32,000 bases of DNA from Schaalia odontolytica (GCF_005696695.1 NZ_CP040006.1:2010001-2042000); one strand, 5' to 3'. Numbered from the stretch's first letter, positions 7,440 to 16,608 are shown. Notes: generated by a model from the sequence alone, not told the origin. Numbers and translations: made by a program.

Positions 7440-8435
7440 TGGCACACTAGAAAACGTGACAATACGTGACGAACAGGCGCATGAGGCCGCCTCGATGTAC
7501 TACCTCCAGGGGCAGACGATGGAGACAATCGCCCGCCACCTGCAGATATCACGCTCCTCGGTCTCGCGACTTCTCGCCCACGCGCGGGAGGTCGGCCTGG
7601 TGCGCATCTCGGTGTCTGCCTCCCCCGGCCTCAAGGGCACCCTCGCAGGACAAATCGCCGACCTCTTCGGCGTCCAGGTTTCTGTCGTTCCCGTTCACGA
7701 CGTCCACACCGAGGTCAACCGCCTGCACAACGTTGCGCTCGTCGCGGCGGAACACCTTATCGACATGCTCTTCCCCGGCGTCACCCTCGGCATCGCCTGG
7801 GGAAACACCACCGCCGAAGTGACGCGGGCCATGCCCCACGTGTCTTTTGCGGGTTCCACAGTCGTCCAGCTCAACGGAGCGGCCACCGCCACCGAGTCGG
7901 GCATGCCCTACGCCGAGGCCATCATCGCTCGTGCCGCGAAGGCCATCGGCGGGCGCATCGTCAACTTCCCGTGCCCGCATTCTTCGACTACGCGGACACC
8001 AAAGAGGCGCTCTGGCGCGAACGCTCCGTCCAGTCGGTCCTCAACACGATCGACAGCGCAGACGTCGCCCTGTTCGGCGTCGGCTCCATGTCGGCCCGCC
8101 TCCCCTCTCACGTCTACTCGGGGGGGTTCCTCGACCCCAACGAGATCGCGGCGGCCCAGAACGACGGGGTTGTCGGCGACGTGTGCACCGTCCTCATCCG
8201 CGAGGACGGCTCCACGAACATGCACCTCAACGAGCGCGCCTCGGGCCCGAGCCCAGCCACGCTCAAGAAGATCCCACGCCGCCTCTGCGTCGTCTCCGGC
8301 GCCTCGAAGGCGCTACCGCTCCTCGGGGCACTGCGCGCAGGGGTCGCCACCGACCTCGTCCTCGACGACGGGGCCGCGCACGAGCTCCTCGACCTCGTCC
8401 ACACGCGCATGGCTCCCCGCCGCTCCTACATCTGA
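7435..8435 (+). pseudogene. SorC/DeoR-sugar-binding family transcriptional regulator, split by a 1-nt frameshift near 7968-7971
   Basis: The N-terminal part carries the HTH (AASMYYLQGQTMETIARHLQISRSSVSRLLAHAREVGLVRISV) and reads through to ...GGRIVNFP. The continuation VPAFFDYADTKEALWRERSVQSVL...DDGAAHELL, the conserved SorC sugar-binding domain including the P(V)PAFFD motif, is in the -1 frame from 7971 to the TGA at 8433-8435. AACTTCCC|GTGCCC appears to lack one base in a C run. The start is uncertain: GTG 7435, GTG 7456 or ATG 7495. Confidence 0.8.
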
Positions 8436-8461
8436 GCAGAGGCCACACCGACGCACAAGAC

Positions 8462-8503
8462 AGGACCCCGACCTCGTCCATGATGGAACGAGGCCGGGGT
8501 CCT
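8462..8503. terminator. Bidirectional terminator hairpin between the SorC-family gene and lysS
   Basis: AGGACCCCGaCCTCGT-ccatgatgga-ACGAGGcCGGGGTCCT forms a 16-bp stem with one mismatch, followed by TTTCTC. Confidence 0.8.
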
Positions 8504-8516
8504 TTCTCAGCTCAGC

Positions 8517-10136
8517 TCAGCTCAGGCGCTTGACCAGCGGGAACGGAATCGTCTCGCGGATGCCCTGGCCGGTGAGGACCATGAGCAGGCGGTCGATGCC
8601 CATGCCCATGCCGCCGCACGGCGGGAAGCCCTGCTCCATGGCGATGAGGAAGTCCTCGTCCATGACCATGGCCTCGGGGTCACCGTTGGCAGCCGCGAGG
8701 GCCTGCGCCTCGAAGCGCTCGCGCTGGACGACCGGGTCGGCCAGCTCGGAGTAGGCGGTGCCCGTCTCGAAGCCGCGCACGTACAGGTCCCACTTTTCAG
8801 TGAGGCCGGGGCGCGAGCGGTGGTAGCGGGTCAGCGGGGAGGTGTCCTCCGGGAAGTCGTAGACGAAGGTCGGCGCCCACAGCTTGGAGGCGACGAGCTC
8901 CTCGAAGATGTCTTCGACGATCTTGCCGGACACGGCGTAGTCGTCGACCTCCAGGCCGATGCGCTCCGCGTACTTGACGAGGGTCTCGCGCGGCGTCTCC
9001 ACCGTGATCTCCTCGCCCAGGGCCTCGGAGGTGGAGCCGTACAGGTCGATGCGGTCCCACTCGCCCGACAGGTCGTACTCGGTGCCGTCGGCCAGGCGCA
9101 CGATTTCCTCGCCCTCGGACAGGTCGAAGGCGTCGCGCGCGGCCTGCTGGATGAGGTCGCGGGTCAGCTCAGCCATGCCGTTGTAGTCCGAGTAGGCCTC
9201 GTAGGCCTCCAGGGACGTGAACTCGGGGCTGTGCGAGGAGTCCATGCCCTCGTTGCGGAAGTTGCGGTTCATCTCGAAGACGCGGTCCACACCGCCGACG
9301 ACCGCGCGCTTGAGGTAGATCTCGGTCGCAATGCGCAGGTAGAGATCGGTGTCGAGCGCGTTCATGTGCGTCGTGAAGGGGCGGGCAGCCGCGCCACCGT
9401 GGATCATCTGCAGCATCGGCGTCTCGAGCTCGATGTAGTCGCGGCGGAAGAAGTTCTCGCGGATCGAGCGGTTGACGGCTGCGCGGATGCGGACCATGTC
9501 GCGCGCGGCGGGGCGCGTGATCAGGTCGAGCTCGCGGCGGCGGATGCGCTGGTCCTCGGACAGGGTGATCTCTTCGCCGTCCTCGGTGGTCCAGGTCTTG
9601 GGCAGGGGGCGGATCGCCTTGGAGGCAATGGCCCAGGAGGCGTCGGGGGCGGGCAGCGCGGTGGGCGCGGCGTCGTACTCGGCCTGGGCCTCGGGCGTGA
9701 CCTCGGCGGGGGTCGCGAAGATCGACAGCTCGCCGCGGCGCGAGGAGATCACGCGGCCGTGAACGAAGAGGTGATCGCCCAGGTCGACGTCGTTCTTGTA
9801 GGCGGCCAGGGACTCAGCGCCGACGGAGGCAGCCGAGAGCATGACCTGGATCTTGTTGCCCTCACCGTCCATGAGGGTCGCGAAGCAGAGCTTGCCGCCG
9901 TTGCGCGCGAGGATGACGCGGCCCGCCAGGCCCACGTAGTCCTCGGTCTCTTCGCCAGGCTCGAGGTGGGCGTACTTCTCACGCACCGCCTTGATGGTGG
10001 TCGTGATCGGCAGGCGCACGGGGTAGGCGGGGATGCCGGCCTCCATGAGGCGCGCGCGCTTGGCCGCGCGAACCTTGACCTGCTCGGGGGTGTCGTCTGC
10101 GGGTGCTTGCGTGGGCGTGGAAGAAGAATCGGTCAT
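8517..10136 (-). CDS. lysS: Lysine--tRNA ligase (class II), 539 aa
   Basis: An OB-fold N-domain is recognisable (GLAGRVILARNGGKLCFATLMDGEGNKIQVMLS). Class II motifs are present: NRNFRNEGMDSSHSPEFTSLEAY and GGMGMGIDRLLM. I chose the start at MTDSSSTP (ATG 10136) rather than the ORF-track ATG at 10196, which would overlap the upstream gene's stop. Confidence 0.95.
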   Translation of the reverse strand: MTDSSSTPTQAPADDTPEQVKVRAAKRARLMEAGIPAYPVRLPITTTIKAVREKYAHLEPGEETEDYVGLAGRVILARNGGKLCFATLMDGEGNKIQVMLSAASVGAESLAAYKNDVDLGDHLFVHGRVISSRRGELSIFATPAEVTPEAQAEYDAAPTALPAPDASWAIASKAIRPLPKTWTTEDGEEITLSEDQRIRRRELDLITRPAARDMVRIRAAVNRSIRENFFRRDYIELETPMLQMIHGGAAARPFTTHMNALDTDLYLRIATEIYLKRAVVGGVDRVFEMNRNFRNEGMDSSHSPEFTSLEAYEAYSDYNGMAELTRDLIQQAARDAFDLSEGEEIVRLADGTEYDLSGEWDRIDLYGSTSEALGEEITVETPRETLVKYAERIGLEVDDYAVSGKIVEDIFEELVASKLWAPTFVYDFPEDTSPLTRYHRSRPGLTEKWDLYVRGFETGTAYSELADPVVQRERFEAQALAAANGDPEAMVMDEDFLIAMEQGFPPCGGMGMGIDRLLMVLTGQGIRETIPFPLVKRLS

Positions 10137-10192
10137 GCGCCTATCGTACCGGGATTTGGCCTCGTGACGAGGCAGGGGCCCGGTTGGGCTGC

Positions 10193-11080
10193 TCACGCAC
10201 CCGGGAGGTCAGCCGCGTAGGGGGCCGAGGAGGATCCGCCGATCCCCTGCGTGGAGTGTGCGGCGGCCTCGCAGGCGAGGGCGAGCGCCTCGGGCCACGG
10301 CATGCGGCGCGTGCGGCGCGCCCAGGCCAGCGCCGCCGAAAAGACGTCCCCCGCGCCCGTCGTATCCACCGCCTTCACGGCGGGTGCGGGCACACGCAGG
10401 ATCTGTCCGTCGACGCACGCAATCACGCCGTTCTTGCCGCAGGTAACCACGCAGTCGCACCCAAAGGACGCGAACCACCGCGCAGCTTCCTCCACGCTGT
10501 CGGTGCGCGCGTAGGCGAGCGCCTCCTCCTCGTTGGGCGTGCACACGTCGGCCAGGTGCAAGACCTCCAGGTCGGCCGGGTCCCAGGCCCCGGCCTCGTC
10601 CCAGGCTGTATCCGCCAGCACCCAGGTCCCGCGCTCGCGCCAAGACGAGACAACCTCGCCGTTCTCGCTGATTCCCCGCACATCCGCGAGCAGGCACGCC
10701 GGCGCGTCGCCTCCCAAGCGTGGCAGCGCGGTCGTCCCGCGCGTCGTCATCGCGCGATCGCCATCAAAAGACAGGGAGACGGTGACGTTTTGATCGCCCA
10801 CGCGCTCGCACGAGGAGGTGTCCACGCCTTCGCGCGCGAGCATCTCGTCCACGAACGCTCCCATCTGATCGACGCCCACGCGGCTGTGCAGGCGCACGGG
10901 CGCACCCAAGCGAGCCAGCGCAATCGCCTGATTGGCCGCGCCGCCCGCGCACATGAGAGCTCCCTCCACCCAGGCCTCGCGGCCGGGAACCGGAGGACCG
11001 TCGAGGGGACCCATCACGACGTCAAGAAACGTCGGACCATACACCGCGAACTGAGATGCGGCGGGTAGATGAGATGCCAC
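10193..11080 (-). CDS. PfkB-family carbohydrate kinase (ribokinase-like), 295 aa
   Basis: The N-terminal GG motif (CAGGAANQAIALARLGA) and the C-terminal anion-hole/catalytic motif (DTTGAGDVFSAALAW) are both present. The GTG start is preceded by AGGAGG. Confidence 0.85.
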   Translation of the reverse strand: MASHLPAASQFAVYGPTFLDVVMGPLDGPPVPGREAWVEGALMCAGGAANQAIALARLGAPVRLHSRVGVDQMGAFVDEMLAREGVDTSSCERVGDQNVTVSLSFDGDRAMTTRGTTALPRLGGDAPACLLADVRGISENGEVVSSWRERGTWVLADTAWDEAGAWDPADLEVLHLADVCTPNEEEALAYARTDSVEEAARWFASFGCDCVVTCGKNGVIACVDGQILRVPAPAVKAVDTTGAGDVFSAALAWARRTRRMPWPEALALACEAAAHSTQGIGGSSSAPYAADLPGA

Positions 11081-11156
11081 GGGTCCTCCTAGACGTGAGC
11101 GCGACTACAATATGTCACTGAGCCACCACTATACGTATCCAGAGAGGATGCCCGCC

Positions 11157-12530
11157 ATGCAGCTCACCATCGTCGGAGGAGGGGGCTTCCGGGTCCCCGC
11201 GATGATCGACGTCTTGGCCCGTTCGCGGTTGGGTCAGGGAGCCTACGCCTCCCTCGACGTCGACCGCGTCGTCCTGTACGACACCGATGCGCGCAGGCTC
11301 GACGCGATGATGGCCGTGCTTTCCTCGCTGGACTTCCCGCACTCCCCCACCGTTCGTGCGACGACGGACATCAACGAGGCGCTTCCCGGAGCCGACTTCG
11401 TCTTCTCCGCGATGCGCGTGGGCGGGACCTGCGGAAGGGTCCTCGACGAGCACTGCGGCCTCGACAACGGCTTGTTGGGGCAGGAGACCGTCGGCGTGGG
11501 CGGCTACTGCTACGCGTTCCGCTCGCTCAGACCGGCACTCGAGCTGGCACGTGCCGCCAAGCGCCTGTGCCCGGGCGCCTGGCTCATCAACTTCACGAAC
11601 CCGGCCGGGATCATCACCCAGGCGATGCGTTCCGTGCTCGGCGAGCGCGTCATCGGCATCTGCGACACCCCCATCGGCCTCGTCAACCGCACGCTGAACG
11701 CCCTGGGCGTTGCCGAAGATGAGCGCACCGACGTGTCCTTCGACTACGTGGGCCTCAACCACCTCGGCTGGCTGCGCTCGCTCTCAGTCGACGGCCGCGA
11801 CATCCTCCCGCGCCTCTTCGCCGACGAGGCGGCCCTGGGGTCCATGGAAGAATCCCGCGCCATCGGCACGGACTGGATTCGCGCGCTGGGTGCCCTGCCC
11901 AACGAATACCTCTTCTACTACTACTGCCATCGCGAAGCCATGGCCCGCATCCACCAGGACCAAACCCGCGGCGAGTACCTGCGCGATCAGCAGGAGGCCT
12001 TCTACAACGCCGTCCTCGCGTGCCCCGAGCAGGCGGGACGGACATGGATCGATGCGCTCGCCGACCGGGAGGCGACGTACATGGCCGAGGCCCGCGACGT
12101 CGACGAGCGTTCCGGCAGGCGTGCCGAGGACATCGCGGGCGGTGGCTACCAAAAGGTGGCCCTCGACCTCATGAACGCTCTCGCTACGAATACTCCGGCG
12201 CGCATGATCCTCAACGTCGGTAACGGCGACGGCGGGTTCTCCTCGATTCCGACGCTGCGCGACACGGACGTCGTCGAGGTTCCCTGCGACGTCGACGCCT
12301 CCGGCGTGCATCCGATTCCGGTCGCTCCCTTGGAAGGGGCCGCTCTCGGCCTCGTCCAATCCGTGAAGGCCTGCGAGAATCTCGTCATCGACGCCGCCCG
12401 CGAGCGCGACCGCAGCCTCGCGTGGCAGGCGCTGGCGCTGCACCCCCTGGTCGACTCGGTCAACGTCGCGCGCGCCGTACTCGACCAGGCGATCCGCACA
12501 AACCCGCTGGTCGCCGCTGCCTTCGACTGA
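11157..12530 (+). CDS. Glycoside hydrolase family 4 (NAD/Mn-dependent 6-phospho-glycosidase-like), ~457 aa
   Basis: A Rossmann-type start (MQLTIVGGGGFRVP) and a GICDTPIG motif, at the position of the GH4 Cys-Asn/Asp-x-Pro catalytic signature, are present, and the length is typical of GH4. Alternative starts are at 11112 and 11148; 11157 has GAGAGG about 9 nt upstream. Confidence 0.8.
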   Translation: MQLTIVGGGGFRVPAMIDVLARSRLGQGAYASLDVDRVVLYDTDARRLDAMMAVLSSLDFPHSPTVRATTDINEALPGADFVFSAMRVGGTCGRVLDEHCGLDNGLLGQETVGVGGYCYAFRSLRPALELARAAKRLCPGAWLINFTNPAGIITQAMRSVLGERVIGICDTPIGLVNRTLNALGVAEDERTDVSFDYVGLNHLGWLRSLSVDGRDILPRLFADEAALGSMEESRAIGTDWIRALGALPNEYLFYYYCHREAMARIHQDQTRGEYLRDQQEAFYNAVLACPEQAGRTWIDALADREATYMAEARDVDERSGRRAEDIAGGGYQKVALDLMNALATNTPARMILNVGNGDGGFSSIPTLRDTDVVEVPCDVDASGVHPIPVAPLEGAALGLVQSVKACENLVIDAARERDRSLAWQALALHPLVDSVNVARAVLDQAIRTNPLVAAAFD

Positions 12531-12544
12531 GCGGCGCCCATCAA

Positions 12545-12590
12545 CGCACTGTGCCCCTGCCTCGTACGGACGAGGCCGGGGCACAGTGCG
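12545..12590. terminator. Long hairpin between the convergent GH4 and PIG-L genes
   Basis: CGCACTGTGCCCCtGCCTCGT-acgg-ACGAGGCcGGGGCACAGTGCG forms a 21-bp stem with one mismatch. No U-tract is present on either side. Confidence 0.7.
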
Positions 12591-12614
12591 GCAAACAGGC
12601 CGGCTAGCGGGCCA

Positions 12615-13310
12615 TCACCCGCGCGTGTCCCAGCGGAAGAACTCTTCTCCCCCTGCGTAACCGTGGGGACACCCCGCGTCGCGGGTGCCCTGTCGGATCC
12701 AGGACTCCATCCGGTCGAGGTCGTCGAATTGGGTGACGTGCTCGCGCACTGCCCTGACCTTGGCCTCGATGTCTGCCTGGTCCAGCTCGACGACGTGATT
12801 CGTCGACGGGCCGCCTTGGAACCACACTTCTTCGACGACGTGGGGGTCCAGGCCCTCGTCGAGCAGCTCGGGGAACGCGAAGGGGTTGCGCGCGGCCGGG
12901 TAGACGGCGTCCGTGACCGCGGCGCCCACGGCTCGGTGGTCCGGGTGATTGGCGTAGATGGACGACCAGTTGTATTCGGGCGAGAGGGTGAGGATCAGGT
13001 TCGGTTTCACGCGCCGAATGAGGGCGACGATATCGCGCACGAGCCCGTGGGACGGGGTCACCATACCGTCGGGGTAGCCGTCGAAGAAGACGAGCTCCGT
13101 GACGCCCAGTTGCTCGCACGCGCGGCGCTGTTCATCGCGACGCAACTCCCCCATCTGCTGATGTAGATCCTGGTCGGAGCCGCCCGCGTCACCGTCCGTG
13201 ACGACTGCGACGACGACCCTCGATCCTTCGCGCACGAAGCGAGCCAGCGTCCCGCCCGCGTCCACGTCCGCATCATCGGGGTGGGCGTAAATGCCCAGCA
13301 CGGTATCCAT
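12615..13310 (-). CDS. PIG-L/LmbE family N-acetylglucosaminyl deacetylase, 231 aa
   Basis: The signature AHPDDADVDAGGTLA at the N-terminus and the zinc-ligand motif HPDHRAVG are both present. AAGGAG lies 8 nt upstream of the ATG. Confidence 0.85.
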   Translation of the reverse strand: MDTVLGIYAHPDDADVDAGGTLARFVREGSRVVVAVVTDGDAGGSDQDLHQQMGELRRDEQRRACEQLGVTELVFFDGYPDGMVTPSHGLVRDIVALIRRVKPNLILTLSPEYNWSSIYANHPDHRAVGAAVTDAVYPAARNPFAFPELLDEGLDPHVVEEVWFQGGPSTNHVVELDQADIEAKVRAVREHVTQFDDLDRMESWIRQGTRDAGCPHGYAGGEEFFRWDTRG

Positions 13311-13327
13311 TCGTGTACTCCTTATTG

Positions 13328-13360
13328 AGGCGCCGGCGAGATCATGTCCCGCCGGCGCCT
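13328..13360 (-). terminator. Hairpin between the ABC binding-protein gene and the PIG-L gene
   Basis: AGGCGCCGGCG-(11 nt)-CGCCGGCGCCT forms a perfect 11-bp stem, lying between the SBP stop (13379) and the PIG-L SD. It may act as a partial terminator or mRNA stabiliser. Confidence 0.5.
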
Positions 13361-13378
13361 GTCCCGAGTCTGTGACGA

Positions 13379-14701
13379 CTACTGATCAATCGCCGCGTTG
13401 GCGGCGTCCTGAGCGGCCTGGACGCCCTCATGCACGCCGGTGCGTCCCAGGAAGACTTCCTTGAGCACGCCGTTGTACGCGTCCATTGCCGCGCCCAGCT
13501 TCGCGCCGAAGGGAGCCATGATCGTACCCGAAGGAGTCTTCGCCATCACCGAGGTGTCGACGCCCTTGTCCGACCAGTAGGCGGTCCACGTCGCCTGGGC
13601 CTTCTCGTTCGCGGGGAAGCCGGCGCCGGTCTTACCCAGCGCGGCACCGCCGTCCTTGCCAGCCAGCCACGCCAGCAGCTTGTGCTGAGCCTCGGGGTTT
13701 GCGCTCGCCGTCGAACCGGCGGCGACGACGGAGTTACCGACCGTCACGGCACCGGCGGGACCCTTCGGCTGGGGAGCCAGGCCCCACTCGAAGGAAGCGC
13801 CCTCTGCCACGTTCGCCAGGTTGTAGGAACCGGACTGGAACAGAGCGATCTTGCCCTGCAGGAACTGGTCGCGGCTGAAGTCGCCGTTGTCGTTCGTATC
13901 GGCCGCCGAGGGGGCCACGTGCTCCTTGTTGATCAGGTCCACCAGGTAGCCGACCGCGGCGTCACCCTCGGGGCTCGCGAACGTAAAGCGACCACTCTCG
14001 TCCTGCAGGGTGGCACCGGCCGAGCCCAGGTACGGAATGAACATGGCCTGACCATCCAGCGCAGCGTTGTATCCGTACTGGACGATGTGGTCCGCGTCAA
14101 AAGCGGGGTCAGCCGCGTTGCGGCCCGACGAGTCCAGCGTCAGCTTGCGGGTGATCTCCCGCAGAGAGTCCGTGGAAGCGCTCGGGTCCCACGACAGGTT
14201 CTGCAGGTCATCGATGCTCACGCCGGCCGCGTCCAGCAGCGACTTGTTGTAGTACACCGCGATCGACGGGTCGGTGAGGACCGGGACGCCGTAGAGCTTT
14301 CCGTCAACCGTGTACTGATCGATGGCACCCTGAAGCCAGCCGTCACGCTCGGAGGCGGGGAACTCCTCGTCAATGTTGACAATCTTGCCGCCGCGCGCGT
14401 ACTCCGTGTAGTTGTTCGTGTTGGACCAGAAGACGTCCGGCCCGGTGCCCGCGGCGAGCTCAGAACGCAGGCCCGTGAAGTAGTCCGACCACGGGACGAC
14501 CTCGACGTTGACCGTGATCCCCGTTTCCTCGGTGAACGCGGGGAGCGCCGCCTCGTACGCCTGGGCAGCCTGATCATCCCACAGACGCAGGGTCAGGGAC
14601 GTGCCCGCCTCGCTCGACGCGCTGCCACCCTGCGAGCAGGCGGCCATCAGCATCGACGCGGCACCAATCAGAGCGGTAGCGGTAACAAAACGCCTTTTCA
14701 T
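13379..14701 (-). CDS. Extracellular solute-binding lipoprotein of a CUT1-type sugar ABC transporter, 440 aa
   Basis: A signal peptide with a lipobox is present (ASMLMAAC-SQ). The length and composition are typical of family-1 SBPs. GGAGG lies 6 nt upstream of the ATG. Confidence 0.9.
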   Translation of the reverse strand: MKRRFVTATALIGAASMLMAACSQGGSASSEAGTSLTLRLWDDQAAQAYEAALPAFTEETGITVNVEVVPWSDYFTGLRSELAAGTGPDVFWSNTNNYTEYARGGKIVNIDEEFPASERDGWLQGAIDQYTVDGKLYGVPVLTDPSIAVYYNKSLLDAAGVSIDDLQNLSWDPSASTDSLREITRKLTLDSSGRNAADPAFDADHIVQYGYNAALDGQAMFIPYLGSAGATLQDESGRFTFASPEGDAAVGYLVDLINKEHVAPSAADTNDNGDFSRDQFLQGKIALFQSGSYNLANVAEGASFEWGLAPQPKGPAGAVTVGNSVVAAGSTASANPEAQHKLLAWLAGKDGGAALGKTGAGFPANEKAQATWTAYWSDKGVDTSVMAKTPSGTIMAPFGAKLGAAMDAYNGVLKEVFLGRTGVHEGVQAAQDAANAAIDQ

Positions 14702-14731
14702 GAAGACCTCCAGTTGTGATGGGTTGTGTTG

Positions 14732-15577
14732 TTACTTGATGCCCGTCAGGGCAATCGATTCAACGATGTGTCGTTGAAAGACAATGAACAGAGCGATCAG
14801 CGGTACGAGCGCGATGGTCGTCGCCGCCATGACGTACGTCCAATTCGCGTTGTACTGGCTCTGCAGGGCGGCCGTCGCAACCGTGAGGACGCGTGGCCTG
14901 GTCGCGGCGATGATCCGCGGCCACATGAATGAGTTCCACTGGCTCACAACCGTGATGAGCACGAGCGTCGAAATGATCGGCTTCGACACGGGAACGACGA
15001 TGGAGAAGAGGATACGCATCTGCCCGGCGCCGTCCATGGTCGCCGCGTCGATGATTTCCTGGGGGATCTGGCGGAACGACTGACGCAGCAGGAACACCGC
15101 GTAGGGCGAGGCGAACACGAAGGGCAGGACGATGCCCCAGAAGGTGTTGTTGAGCCCCATCTTGGCCATCATGAGGTACAGCGGGATGACGAGGACCGAC
15201 GCCGGAATCATCATGGTGCCCAGGAAGAGCCAGAAGATGACCTCGCGCCCCGGGAACTCGATGCGGGCGAACGCGTATGCGGCCAGCACGGAGGACACCA
15301 GCTGCCCGACGACCATCACCACGACCATGAGAAGCGTCGTGATGATCGCGTCGCCGAAGTTGACCCGTCCCGTGAGGATCGCCTGGAACGAGGCCAGGGA
15401 GGGCGGGGAAGGCAGCGCGAAGGGCGAGTGTGATGCGAAGTCCTGCGGCGACTTAAAGGCCGTGACAAAGCTGAAGAGGAGCGGGACGACCATGATGAAC
15501 GCGGCCAGCGAGAGCCCCGCGTAGATCCCCATGGTCGACCACCAGGGCCGGCGCGACTGCGACTTAGACGAGCTCAT
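14732..15577 (-). CDS. Carbohydrate ABC transporter permease (MalG/BPD_transp_1 type), 281 aa
   Basis: The protein has six predicted TM segments and an EAA-like loop (DAATMDGAGQMRILFSIVVP). It overlaps the upstream permease gene by 14 nt. Confidence 0.9.
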   Translation of the reverse strand: MSSSKSQSRRPWWSTMGIYAGLSLAAFIMVVPLLFSFVTAFKSPQDFASHSPFALPSPPSLASFQAILTGRVNFGDAIITTLLMVVVMVVGQLVSSVLAAYAFARIEFPGREVIFWLFLGTMMIPASVLVIPLYLMMAKMGLNNTFWGIVLPFVFASPYAVFLLRQSFRQIPQEIIDAATMDGAGQMRILFSIVVPVSKPIISTLVLITVVSQWNSFMWPRIIAATRPRVLTVATAALQSQYNANWTYVMAATTIALVPLIALFIVFQRHIVESIALTGIK

Positions 15578-16442
15578 ACGTGGTCCTCTTCCGGAAGTAC
15601 AGGTTCTGGGCCAGCGTCAATCCCATGAGGAGCAGCATCATCACGCACGCCATGACTGCGGCGCGGCCGACGTTTCCGGTCTCGAAGGCCTCCTTGTAGA
15701 TCAGGTAGGCGAGGACCTCGGTGGAGCCGGATGGGCCTCCCTTGGTGAGGGCGTAGATCTGGTCGAAAACGTTGAAGACCGAGATCACGGAGGTGACCGA
15801 GACGAAGAAGAAGGTCGGGCGCAGGAGGGGCATCTTGATGTGCCAGAACACCTGCGAGGAGGATGCCCCGTCCACGGTCGCGGCCTCGGTGAGCTCACGC
15901 GGGATCGCGAGCAATCCCGCGATGAAGAAGAGAGCCGTGTACCCCACGTTCGACCAGACGACGACGAAAGCCGCCGCGGGCAGCGCCCAGGTGGGCGACA
16001 CGAGAATTTCTAGTCGAGTGCCCGCAAGCGCCGAGAGGAGGCCACCGGTGGGGGCAAAGATCCACGACCATACGACGCCGAGGGCCAGCGGAGGCGCGAT
16101 CCACGGGATGACGATGAGCGTGCGATAGACGACGGTTCCTCGCACGCCTTTCGTCAGCAGGTTCGCGAGGAGTAGGCCCAGGATGATCTGGATGGGGACC
16201 ACGAGGAGGACGAAGAGAATCGTCGTACGCAGGGACGACAGGAAGGCCGGGTCGCTCAGCACGTTCGTGACGTTGGCCAGGCCCACGTATCGCGTGTCCC
16301 CGATCAGATCCCACCGGTACAGGCTCACCCACATGATGACGCCGATGGGGACAACCATGAAGATGAGGACGCCGATGAGGGCAGGCGACAGGAACGCGTA
16401 TCCGACGAGCGCGTGGCGCGTCCGAGACGCTCGCTTGGTCAT
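15564..16442 (-). CDS. Carbohydrate ABC transporter permease (MalF type), 292 aa
   Basis: An EAA loop is present (EAATVDGASSSQVFWHIKMP). I chose the start at MTKRASRTRHALVGYAFLSPAL (ATG 16442), which is preceded by AAGGAAGG. The ORF-track extension to 16589 runs through the panD terminator. Confidence 0.9.
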   Translation of the reverse strand: MTKRASRTRHALVGYAFLSPALIGVLIFMVVPIGVIMWVSLYRWDLIGDTRYVGLANVTNVLSDPAFLSSLRTTILFVLLVVPIQIILGLLLANLLTKGVRGTVVYRTLIVIPWIAPPLALGVVWSWIFAPTGGLLSALAGTRLEILVSPTWALPAAAFVVVWSNVGYTALFFIAGLLAIPRELTEAATVDGASSSQVFWHIKMPLLRPTFFFVSVTSVISVFNVFDQIYALTKGGPSGSTEVLAYLIYKEAFETGNVGRAAVMACVMMLLLMGLTLAQNLYFRKRTTYELV

Positions 16443-16571
16443 GCCCCACCTTCCTTTCGTTCGGTTCTTCGAGGATAGGTGTGACGGGTGTATCAGCGCC
16501 GGACGGAGACAAGGTATGGACAATTGTGAACAGCGCATGCCGTCAAACGAGCAAAGGTGCACGAAACGAGG

Positions 16572-16608
16572 CAAAAAGGGAGCGCCCACTCAGTTGAGTG
16601 GACGCTCC
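16572..16608 (-). terminator. Intrinsic terminator after panD
   Basis: On the minus strand, GGAGCGtCCACTC-aact-GAGTGGgCGCTCC is followed by CTTTTTG. Confidence 0.85.

Noticed and set aside
7976-8754. The continuation of the 7435 ORF to 8754, giving a 439-aa product.
   Set aside because: After the frameshift point the product is Ser/Arg/Pro/Thr-rich nonsense that runs through the terminator and into lysS antisense. The conserved SorC C-terminal domain is in the other frame, ending at 8435.
8820-10220. A 466-aa plus-strand ORF antisense to lysS.
   Set aside because: It is a shadow ORF opposite an unambiguous class II lysyl-tRNA synthetase.
13430-14719. A 429-aa plus-strand ORF antisense to the ABC binding-protein gene.
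   Set aside because: It is an Arg/Gly/Val-rich shadow ORF. The minus-strand product has a lipoprotein signal and the SBP architecture.
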